A stretch of 32,000 nt of DNA. Origin: Promethearchaeota archaeon. Its GTDB lineage: Archaea > Asgardarchaeota > Lokiarchaeia > Sigyniarchaeales > Promethearchaeaceae. Below, one piece after another: positions 17,989-26,062 of the stretch. The position numbers and the translations under genes are program-made. Where the stretch lies: assembly GCA_016933055.1 (NCBI GenBank), contig JAFGBS010000031.1, positions 1 to 32,000 on the forward strand, in the 5' to 3' direction. Below the pieces are notes generated by a model. That model was not told where the DNA came from. It saw only the letters and a program-made list of their open reading frames with translations, and ran no database searches. Position 1 is the stretch's first letter. Every line of letters begins with the position of its first letter.

Positions 17989-19065
17989 TTATTGCATCAT
18001 TTTTTTGAACTCTTCCAAACCAATCTCAATGGGATTTTCCATAGCATCGATCTGATCAAACGTATCTATACGTTGATGAGATAAAAATGAATTAAATACT
18101 TTAATAGTCTCTTCAGCCGTTTTGGTATGTTTTAATGGAAAACCGTTATCTATCAAAAACTTCTCTTGAGGATAGGTTTGAAGCGGAAAAAACTCAATTG
18201 AAGGAACTCCCAGTAATGAAGATTCTCTTACCATGGTCCCTCCTCCTGTTAAAACCATCTTAGAATAATACATAATTGTAGCTAAATTTTCTAAACCTCG
18301 ATGCACTTGGATAATACCTTTCTTAATAAAATCTGCAAACTTCTGGATTAAGTAGGCATATTGTTCTTCATTACGAGGAATAATCACAAAAATAAATTCG
18401 TCTTTGGTTTGAGAAATAATTTTTGGTAATATTTCTGTGAGAAGAGTCTGATAAGGTTTCATTTTATTAATGAGATATCCAGCTTTCGTTGGTTCTGTTC
18501 GACATACTATATATTTTCCCTCTTTTAGCTTAAGATTATCAATCACTTTTCGATTCGGACGGAATACATTCCTGTTCAGCCAAGCAACTTCATCAATTCC
18601 ATTAAATTGGATAATTTTTTCACGTTTTATCCCATAATCTAAATACCATTCTATGGGAATCGGTTTAGGTACAATAACCCGATTCACATAAGGTAAGGTT
18701 AAAGCTGAACAACCGTAGCTTCTAGGTTCATCATTAAACATTATGTTAGGCAATTGTAATCCAAATGCTACGCGAATTGCTTCGGGACTTGTGATGCAAA
18801 ATAGAAAATCGGGGTTCTCTTTATCAACAATATTTATAAGATCTTGTAATCTATCGGTGAAACTTCTCAGTTTTCCGATTAATGTTCCGCCTCCATAGGA
18901 TCCTGCTTCTGTGTAGGGAATTCCCCCTTTTTTTAAGAGAAATAGTGTGGAATCAAAATCTCGTGCGGTAATGAAAACCTCATGGTCCTTGATAAGCTCT
19001 TGATATAAAGGACGTAACATAGTAACACTCTTTGGTTCACAAAAATCGAGCCAGATTCGAGCCAT
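17989..19065 (-). CDS. DUF354 family protein (GT-B-like fold)
   Basis: IWLDFCEP start, ITARDF, YGGGTLIGKL, FNDEP, GIDEVAWL, VCRTEP, GGGTMVRESSLLGVPSI. Confidence 0.8.
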   Translation of the reverse strand: MARIWLDFCEPKSVTMLRPLYQELIKDHEVFITARDFDSTLFLLKKGGIPYTEAGSYGGGTLIGKLRSFTDRLQDLINIVDKENPDFLFCITSPEAIRVAFGLQLPNIMFNDEPRSYGCSALTLPYVNRVIVPKPIPIEWYLDYGIKREKIIQFNGIDEVAWLNRNVFRPNRKVIDNLKLKEGKYIVCRTEPTKAGYLINKMKPYQTLLTEILPKIISQTKDEFIFVIIPRNEEQYAYLIQKFADFIKKGIIQVHRGLENLATIMYYSKMVLTGGGTMVRESSLLGVPSIEFFPLQTYPQEKFLIDNGFPLKHTKTAEETIKVFNSFLSHQRIDTFDQIDAMENPIEIGLEEFKKMMQ

Positions 19066-19120
19066 ATATGAGGAAAAAATCTACATGAGTAAATAAGGTT
19101 TGGGAAATCTGATATATTAC

Positions 19121-20125
19121 TTACACACGGGGATTATAATCCCAAACATGAGGATTAGCCTTAAACCACTCGATTTCTTTTCGTATTCCTTCTTCAAATT
19201 CTACCTCTGGATAATAACCTAATTTTTCTTTGGCCGAGGTTATATCCAAGATAAAATCTTTTAGCTCAGCGGGAAGTCTTTTGCGTTCAGGTTGATATTT
19301 ACTGAATTCTCCGGGTTTTGGATCATCAAAAATCGGTTGTAATTTTGGATTGATTAATTTAATTACTAAATTGGCAAGTTCCACTACACTTACAGATGAA
19401 TTTCCACCAATATTAAATCGCATTCCTGAAATATCATCCTTTTGGGTGCCCAATATATTCGCTTTTACTACATCTGAAACGTATACGAAGTCTCTTTTCT
19501 GAGTGCCCCTCCCAAATATTACGGGGGGCTTTCCGCTTAACACTCTTTTTATGAACATAGTTAAAACCCGTCCATACCATTCGTGTGGTCCGTAAACAAT
19601 ACCATATCGAAAAGCGACAGTAGGTAATCCGTACAATTGAGTGTATTGTTGACAATATTTCTCACCTGCGAGTTTACTTACACCATAAGGCCACTGTGGC
19701 ATTAGGGGGTGATCCTCATTTTCCGGGATATAGGTAGCCTGACCATACACTCCTCCAGAGGAGGCATAAATGACTTTTTCAACATCATTTTTGATCGCGG
19801 CATTTAAAACATTTAGTGTACCTTCAATATTAACTCGCATTTCATGAATTGTGTTGTCAATCCCGGTAAATACTTCGAGTTCTGCAGCATGATGAGATAC
19901 AATATCACAACCTTTCATAGAGGATTGAACTAATTCTGCATCAATAATATCTCCCTTAATAAGAGTTAGATTGGGAATATCGGATAAAAAATCTTCAAAT
20001 CCGGTGGATAAATTATCATATATAAGCACATTCGCTCCTAATTCGCTATACTTGCGCGCAAGGTGGGAACCTATAAAACCTGCTCCTCCAGTTAAAAAAA
20101 CTGTTTTTCCTTCGACATTCATCAA
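19121..20125 (-). CDS. NAD-dependent epimerase/dehydratase (extended SDR)
   Basis: LTGGAGFIGSH, HHAA, YASSGGVYG, YGVSK, FRYGIVYGP, RDFVYVSDV. Confidence 0.93.
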   Translation of the reverse strand: MMNVEGKTVFLTGGAGFIGSHLARKYSELGANVLIYDNLSTGFEDFLSDIPNLTLIKGDIIDAELVQSSMKGCDIVSHHAAELEVFTGIDNTIHEMRVNIEGTLNVLNAAIKNDVEKVIYASSGGVYGQATYIPENEDHPLMPQWPYGVSKLAGEKYCQQYTQLYGLPTVAFRYGIVYGPHEWYGRVLTMFIKRVLSGKPPVIFGRGTQKRDFVYVSDVVKANILGTQKDDISGMRFNIGGNSSVSVVELANLVIKLINPKLQPIFDDPKPGEFSKYQPERKRLPAELKDFILDITSAKEKLGYYPEVEFEEGIRKEIEWFKANPHVWDYNPRV

Positions 20126-20430
20126 CTATCACATCTACATGGTCGAGAATTGCATTTTAAACATTGATTTGGATATTTGTTTTTAATCGCTTCTTCTAAA
20201 TCAATGTTTAGTAAATTGGCTATCGAACATGCCCATGCTATAATATCCGCTATTTCCTCAGCAATTTTATATTTGGATTTCGATTCTCCTTCGGCATCAA
20301 ATTTACGTAAAACTTCGGATAATTCGCCTACTTCTTCGACAAACCACATAAAAGTTTTACTTAAACCTCTCTGGACATCCTTATGATAATACGTATCTCT
20401 AATCAATCGTTGGAACTCATTAATTTCCAT
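20122..20430 (-). CDS. MazG-like nucleotide pyrophosphohydrolase
   Basis: FVEEVGELSE and EEIADIIAW; C-terminal KYP..CLKC...C; 4-bp overlap with the downstream epimerase. Confidence 0.88.
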   Translation of the reverse strand: MEINEFQRLIRDTYYHKDVQRGLSKTFMWFVEEVGELSEVLRKFDAEGESKSKYKIAEEIADIIAWACSIANLLNIDLEEAIKNKYPNQCLKCNSRPCRCDS

Positions 20431-20485
20431 GATAAGGAAATGGGATATGTCGAAAAAAAAGTTTCGTTAATTCATCAAAGCGGTA

Positions 20486-20686
20486 TTAACCAAATAACCA
20501 ATTAAATCCACCAACATGCGCAATGATAACGAAAACCATTAACGCTCCGGCTAAAGATACTATCCATATCGGTCCAATCTTCCATCCTTGGGAAGAATCT
20601 TGAAAAAATCGAATTAGACCAGCTCCGCTCGCTGGCATGGGAGCATCAGATGTTCGTCGCTTACTTCGTGCACTTCGTTTGGCCAT
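20486..20686 (-). CDS. secG: Protein translocase subunit Sec61beta
   Basis: PASGAGLIRFFQD...KIGP followed by a single C-terminal TM; ATG 20686 (MAKRS, 66 aa) preferred over TTG 20737. Confidence 0.92.
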   Translation of the reverse strand: MAKRSARSKRRTSDAPMPASGAGLIRFFQDSSQGWKIGPIWIVSLAGALMVFVIIAHVGGFNWLFG

Positions 20687-20838
20687 TCTGTGTTTTGTTA
20701 TACGAATAATTATTTTAAATTTGTCCTTTAGGATCAAGTGTAAAGGCTTGAACTATATAAATTTAAAAATTGCTAGTAATTACGTTATTTAAATTTCTAG
20801 CGTTATAGGTGTAAAATTTACGGATTAAGGTTGAAATA

Positions 20839-22620
20839 ATGAAGATATCTAAAAGATCTCAAGTCATATTATTCTTTACTCTAGTTTTTGTTCTATTCGG
20901 TTCAATGATTGCATCATATACTCAACTTCCTATTCAAAATCCAGTAAATAATGATATGATAAATACCAGTGTAATATCTAGTGATGTTCATATCGAGGAA
21001 ATCGAACGGCACATACTAGTCAATCGTTATGGTATTATCTCTGTGCAAGATAATATTGCTTTGTTTAATAATGGCAGTACACCCATAAATTATGTTTATT
21101 ATACAATTAACGACAATTATCTAGCCAACTTTTTAAGGTTTTTTGCAGAAACTGAACACCGAGCGACCTTAAGCTTCCAAGAAATGCGTAATAAGCTATT
21201 TAATCACAAATCTTTTATCGTTTATCTAAATGATCCCTTGTTACCGGGAAGTAGTCAAAACGTAATAGCAACTTCCTATTATAGTGGTTTATACACTTCA
21301 TTCTTGAATGGGTCAAATCAATATGTATTTTTCAATTTTTCTGTAGTACCTTTCACACCTTATCTGGTCTATTCAGTAAATACTGTTATTGAAATGCCTT
21401 ACAGAACCTTCTTTGAAGATTATACTGGTGATCCTGATGAATCAGGCACATCCCTATACTATACAAGAAATACAGTCTTACCATTTTCAGAAGAAATTGT
21501 AAGTGTGGAGGGAAGAAATAATCAATTTTCAACCATTCAATTTACCGAAATTGAACGAAAGATATATCTAAATCCTTGGGGCAATATACGGATTATCGAA
21601 AATCATAAATTAAAGAATACAGGCGCGTTGTATATTTACATATGGGAATACCGTCTACCAAAAACTGCATTTAATATTACAATGTATGATGCAATTGGAA
21701 CTATTGACGGGGGGAGTTTAAACACTCAAACTGGTCTATACAGCGTTAATTTACAAAATAGAGCAGGAATCAATCCCAATGCAACCAAAGTATATACTCT
21801 AGAATATTCCCTACCAAGAGATGAATTCTTTAGTAAAAGTTATCGAATGTCATCTTTGAAGTTGAATTTGAACCTCTTTAATTATAATATCCTCACCCAA
21901 GAACAGCACACATATATTTATTTATATGCTGGAAAATCTCTTGAAAGTACAACTATAACCCCCCAATCCATTCAATATGACAAAAATGCTATGATTCTCT
22001 ATTTTCATCAGTCCAACGTATTTTTGATCACTGATTATTTCCTGATGGTTGAATATAAAGAAAGTGGGTTTCACTTAATCGCCAGAGCATTATTGTTTAG
22101 TGGAATTCTCATCATAATTTTCTCTGCCTACTCTATATTAAGAACGAGAAATAAATCCTTATCAGAAGATGAAGAAATTATACGTGAAGAAGTTCTACCA
22201 GAATCTGAGATGCGTGAATTTATCTCGAATTATGAAGAGATTACAGCTGTAAGAATTGATATTAAGAACATAGATGAGGATTTAGCACGGAAAAAGATTG
22301 CAAAAAAGGCATATAACAAGCAATTAAAAGTACTTGAATCAAAACTAAAAAGCACTCAAGAAGATATCAAACCATATAAGAAAGCGATTTTAGATGCAAG
22401 AGGGCCTATTGCAGAAATTGTGAAAAAATTAGAATTGCGAGAAGCCGAATTGATTTCAAATCAAGACGGAATAAAGCTCTACGATGAACGGTATAAGAAA
22501 GGAAAATTGCCCTCTAAGCAAGCATATCGTACATTAAGAAAGCAGATGGAAGATAACGCAGAAAAAATTCAAAAACAAATTGATCGACTTATTAACCAGA
22601 TGAAAGCTTATCTTATTTAA
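20839..22620 (+). CDS. Ribophorin I (OST1/RPN1) homologue
   Basis: Signal anchor; two related beta-rich domains (IERHILVNRYGIISVQD and IERKIYLNPWGNIRIIENH; MYDAIG resembles RPN1 YRDEIG); one TM; ~155-aa charged helical C-terminal domain. Confidence 0.85.
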   Translation: MKISKRSQVILFFTLVFVLFGSMIASYTQLPIQNPVNNDMINTSVISSDVHIEEIERHILVNRYGIISVQDNIALFNNGSTPINYVYYTINDNYLANFLRFFAETEHRATLSFQEMRNKLFNHKSFIVYLNDPLLPGSSQNVIATSYYSGLYTSFLNGSNQYVFFNFSVVPFTPYLVYSVNTVIEMPYRTFFEDYTGDPDESGTSLYYTRNTVLPFSEEIVSVEGRNNQFSTIQFTEIERKIYLNPWGNIRIIENHKLKNTGALYIYIWEYRLPKTAFNITMYDAIGTIDGGSLNTQTGLYSVNLQNRAGINPNATKVYTLEYSLPRDEFFSKSYRMSSLKLNLNLFNYNILTQEQHTYIYLYAGKSLESTTITPQSIQYDKNAMILYFHQSNVFLITDYFLMVEYKESGFHLIARALLFSGILIIIFSAYSILRTRNKSLSEDEEIIREEVLPESEMREFISNYEEITAVRIDIKNIDEDLARKKIAKKAYNKQLKVLESKLKSTQEDIKPYKKAILDARGPIAEIVKKLELREAELISNQDGIKLYDERYKKGKLPSKQAYRTLRKQMEDNAEKIQKQIDRLINQMKAYLI

Positions 22621-22631
22621 TTCCCTTTTTA

Positions 22632-23750
22632 GTGGTTATAATGGAGAAGTTAAAGATATGCCATGTTTCTCTAGCTGTGTATCCCGATCATCGAGACGGA
22701 TCCGCAAAATTTGAAAGAAATATTTATGAAGAACTAAAGGCTCGAGGGCATGACATAATCCTCCTTACTGTACAATGGGCCGAGGGTTTTCAAGATTCTA
22801 ATATCCACACTATAGATGTACCTAATTCTCGCTTTCTTTGGGTCCCCAAATATTCGTGGACCTATCGAAACTATTTAAAATCTAATGAATTTGATATACT
22901 TCATGCGAATGGATCCCGTGGAGCACTTCCTATAATTCTAGCAAAGAAAAAATATGTAACTCATATTCATGATGTTGGTCCATTTCAAACCTCTTTTTCT
23001 GCTATTCCTGGACTGAAATGGCTTGAGAGAAAAAATGCTCGAAAAGCTACGAAAATAATGTGTGGTGCACAAAGCGTTCGAACTGAAATCTCCGAGTATA
23101 TGAACGTAGACAAAAATAAAATTACTGTGGTGTCAGTAGGAATTGATCCTCAATTCAAACCTGAACCAAAAAAGGGTGAAATCCTTAAGGAAAAGTTGAG
23201 ACTGAAAGGCCCTGTAATGTTTTATGTTGGACGTATTGCGTTCTATAAAGGGGTGGATGATATAATAAAGGCCTATCATATCGCCAGAAAGGAGATTCCA
23301 GACTTATCTTGCGTAATAGGGGGAAAACCCACTATAAAAATGGAACCAATTGTAGAAAAATGGAAGGACGAAAATCCCGGTGTACAATTTGTTGGAATAA
23401 TTCCTGATGAGGATCTTCCGACTTATTATAGTATGGCTGACATGTTTGTTACTTATTCCTATGCATCGGAGGGGTTTGGAATTACACCTGTAGAGAGTCT
23501 ATCATGTGGAACCCCAGTTATATGTTCGGATCTTCCTGCGTATAAGGAAGTACTGAAAAATCAAGCTACTTTTGTACAACCTCGGAATCCCTCCCTATTA
23601 GCTGAGCAAATCGTAAAACATGTAAAAATTCCGGAAATGGGGATAGATAAAGTGAAATCAGCAGCCCCGCTCCTTCAAAATTATTCATGGAAGGAAGTAG
23701 TTAATCGCATCGAGAGCGTATATTCAGAATATTTATATGGAGAGATTTAG
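22632..23750 (+). CDS. Glycosyltransferase family 4 (GT-B)
   Basis: YVGRIAFYKGVD; YASEGFGITPVESLSCGTPVICSD (E-x7-E). Confidence 0.93.
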   Translation: MVIMEKLKICHVSLAVYPDHRDGSAKFERNIYEELKARGHDIILLTVQWAEGFQDSNIHTIDVPNSRFLWVPKYSWTYRNYLKSNEFDILHANGSRGALPIILAKKKYVTHIHDVGPFQTSFSAIPGLKWLERKNARKATKIMCGAQSVRTEISEYMNVDKNKITVVSVGIDPQFKPEPKKGEILKEKLRLKGPVMFYVGRIAFYKGVDDIIKAYHIARKEIPDLSCVIGGKPTIKMEPIVEKWKDENPGVQFVGIIPDEDLPTYYSMADMFVTYSYASEGFGITPVESLSCGTPVICSDLPAYKEVLKNQATFVQPRNPSLLAEQIVKHVKIPEMGIDKVKSAAPLLQNYSWKEVVNRIESVYSEYLYGEI

Positions 23751-23762
23751 AAGGTTCTTCTA

Positions 23763-25028
23763 ATGAGAATTCTCTATATTGCTACTGATGTGACTTTACC
23801 AGCAATGAATGGTGGATCTCGAAGAGCATACGAAACGGCAAAAATTTTCCATCGATTTGGGCATAGATCAGTGGTACTTGTTGATCGAAAGAAGGGTGAA
23901 CGATCATTTGAGGAATATGAGGGGATCCGAGTTTATCGGACAAAATTACCCGAAATTGGTCATCAAATGCGAGAAATGATTGCAAAAATTCGTGGACTTT
24001 TCATAAAACGCAATAATACTGATTTTTCTTACTATTCGGATAAACCATCCAAATATGATACGTACTTTCCTCATTTAATGCAGCATGATTTACGATGGAA
24101 AATCCAAGATTTTTATCGCCATAAATTACCCTTACATAAATGGTTAAAGATAGTTCCAGCAGCATATCGACTTTTTCAAATTATAAAACGCGAGAAAATT
24201 GATGTAATAATTGAACGAGGTCCTTCTTATGGAGTAGGGGCGCTGATTTCGAAATTATTCCATATTCTTTACATTATCGATTTTATTGATATCATGTATT
24301 GTAATCTTGCATTACGATGTGCTGATGCGGTCCTTTCTTATTTTACAACCATCCAAATACCTCAATTTGTAGATAGGAATAAAATTCAATTGGTATATAC
24401 ATGTGCTGACACGGAACTGTTTCAACCACGTGACAAAAATCTGGTTCTTCTTAAGAGATATGGGTTTCACAAGGACGACTTTGTGATAATTTACGTAGGA
24501 GGAATGTATCCATGGCATGGATTGGAAATAATCGTGCAATCTGCAGAGTTAATTGTACAAGAGGGATATACAGAAGTAAAAATCTTACTGGTAGGTGACG
24601 GTGTGGTTCGTCCCCAGATGGAGCAGTTAGTAGTTCAAAAAGAACTACAAGATTATGTGAAATTTGTCGGGGTAGTGGATTTTGAGGAGGTTCCCTCATA
24701 TATTAATAGTGCAGATGTAGCTTTATCTCTGAATACAGGTGATTCTATAGGATTTAAATTGATTGAATATATGGCAAGTGGAATCCCTATTATTGCTACC
24801 AACGCAGACATTCTTCCTTTTGCAGGAAAAGAAAATCGGGAAATGTTGTATGTCAATCAAAATGATCCAATCCATCTCAAAGAAAAGATACTCTACTTGC
24901 TTACAAATCCGGATATTGCACACAGTATAGGTAGGAATGCTCGTAAACGTGTTGAGAATCGTTACCGTTGGGAAGTCCATTATTGGAATATTCTGAACGC
25001 GATAAAATCTTCCATACAACAAAAATGA
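23763..25028 (+). CDS. Glycosyltransferase family 4 (GT-B)
   Basis: YVGGMYPWHGLE, LLVGDG, FVGVV, KLIEYMASGIPIIAT. Confidence 0.9.
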   Translation: MRILYIATDVTLPAMNGGSRRAYETAKIFHRFGHRSVVLVDRKKGERSFEEYEGIRVYRTKLPEIGHQMREMIAKIRGLFIKRNNTDFSYYSDKPSKYDTYFPHLMQHDLRWKIQDFYRHKLPLHKWLKIVPAAYRLFQIIKREKIDVIIERGPSYGVGALISKLFHILYIIDFIDIMYCNLALRCADAVLSYFTTIQIPQFVDRNKIQLVYTCADTELFQPRDKNLVLLKRYGFHKDDFVIIYVGGMYPWHGLEIIVQSAELIVQEGYTEVKILLVGDGVVRPQMEQLVVQKELQDYVKFVGVVDFEEVPSYINSADVALSLNTGDSIGFKLIEYMASGIPIIATNADILPFAGKENREMLYVNQNDPIHLKEKILYLLTNPDIAHSIGRNARKRVENRYRWEVHYWNILNAIKSSIQQK

Positions 25029-25052
25029 AAACTCATCAAAGAAAAAATAATG

Positions 25053-25125
25053 TAGCCCCGAGCAGATTCGAACTGCTGTCAAAGGGTTCAAAGCCCTCTA
25101 TGCTTGACCACTACACTACGGGGCT
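25053..25125 (-). tRNA. tRNA-Gln(UUG), intronless, CCA not encoded
   Basis: Minus strand folds as AGCCCCG/CGGGGCT acceptor stem (A1-U72), GAGGG-CTTTGAA-CCCTT anticodon arm, AGCAG-TTCGAAT-CTGCT T arm, discriminator A; 73 nt. Confidence 0.96.
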
Positions 25126-25164
25126 TAAACTGTAGTTTAGAGAGTAATCATTGAAATGCGTGCA

Positions 25165-25180
25165 ATTATAAAAATTTTTC
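25165..25180 (-). promoter_or_regulatory. Putative BRE + TATA promoter of tRNA-Gln
   Basis: Minus strand GAAAAA-TT-TTTATAAT, about 40 nt upstream of the mature tRNA 5' end. Confidence 0.55.
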
Positions 25181-25186
25181 TTCAGT

Positions 25187-25879
25187 TTAATCCATAATTA
25201 CATCATCGGGATAAAACTCCCGCCATTTCTTTTGGAAATCCGTATCCATGGGCTCACGTTTCATAGATTTGGGGTAGATTCTTGGTATGGTTTTTATAAT
25301 AGGATACCATCTTTTGCATTTTGGGCAGATTAGCAATCCTTCGTCGATTTCCATATAAGTAAAATAATAATTCAAAAAAAGGAGATCTTGGAAGATTGGT
25401 TGTATAAGTTCATATCCATCTTCCTTTTTGGTATCTATAGAAGAGATTTTATCATAATAAGTACGAATTTTTTCATAAATTACAGTTCTAGTTAGATCTA
25501 AACAGTCCTTTGCTGATTTATAGGTAGTTTTGTCTGAGAGATCAGATAGTTCAGCTAAAAATTTCAGATACCATTCCAGATATTCACTTAGAGTCGATAA
25601 ATGAATCACATTGGTATCATAAAATACTACTTTACCCCTTTTTAATTCTGATAGGATAATAAGATTATCTTCTTCTTTTTTGAATTCAGAATTGGGTACA
25701 TCAAAATGTATATCGAGTGGTGACTCTTCATTTCTGAGATTTAACAATAGATCTTTTTTATACCCATCTAATAATTGACGAAATTTCTCTTCCTTATTTT
25801 CCCATTTGAAAATAATTAATTCAAATGGATAAGATGCATCTTCAGGACATGCTAAACTGCAATTCAACCAGATTTTCAT
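25187..25879 (-). CDS. Trm112-like methyltransferase activator with large internal insertion
   Basis: N-terminal MKIWL..LACP...PFEL and C-terminal EIDEGLLICPKCKRWYPII..IP match Trm112; about 150 aa lie between them. Confidence 0.8.
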   Translation of the reverse strand: MKIWLNCSLACPEDASYPFELIIFKWENKEEKFRQLLDGYKKDLLLNLRNEESPLDIHFDVPNSEFKKEEDNLIILSELKRGKVVFYDTNVIHLSTLSEYLEWYLKFLAELSDLSDKTTYKSAKDCLDLTRTVIYEKIRTYYDKISSIDTKKEDGYELIQPIFQDLLFLNYYFTYMEIDEGLLICPKCKRWYPIIKTIPRIYPKSMKREPMDTDFQKKWREFYPDDVIMD

Positions 25880-26062
25880 GTAATTTCACTTATAGTTAAT
25901 CTCAGATATGGATACAAACAAATGTTCTTTCATTTAAAATCTCCGAAAAATTTCACTTTATTAAGGATCAGTAATCACCCAACAGATGTACCAAATGATA
26001 AAAAAATGTTTTAATCTCAAGGTACACACACGTAAACAAATCCCAACTACAATGAGTCTTGA

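Noticed and set aside
15324-25091. Numerous 60-122-aa ORFs nested in or antisense to recognised genes (e.g. 15488-15736, 17473-17745, 24723-25091)
   Set aside because: All overlap confidently assigned genes and lack recognisable motifs.
22632-25125. tRNA-Gln as the integration site of a glycosyltransferase island
   Set aside because: No integrase, no duplicated tRNA 3' end seen elsewhere in the window, and flanking genes look like core functions.
25053-25125. tRNA intron or split tRNA
   Set aside because: The 73-nt gene folds completely with a 7-nt anticodon loop and leaves no room for an intron.
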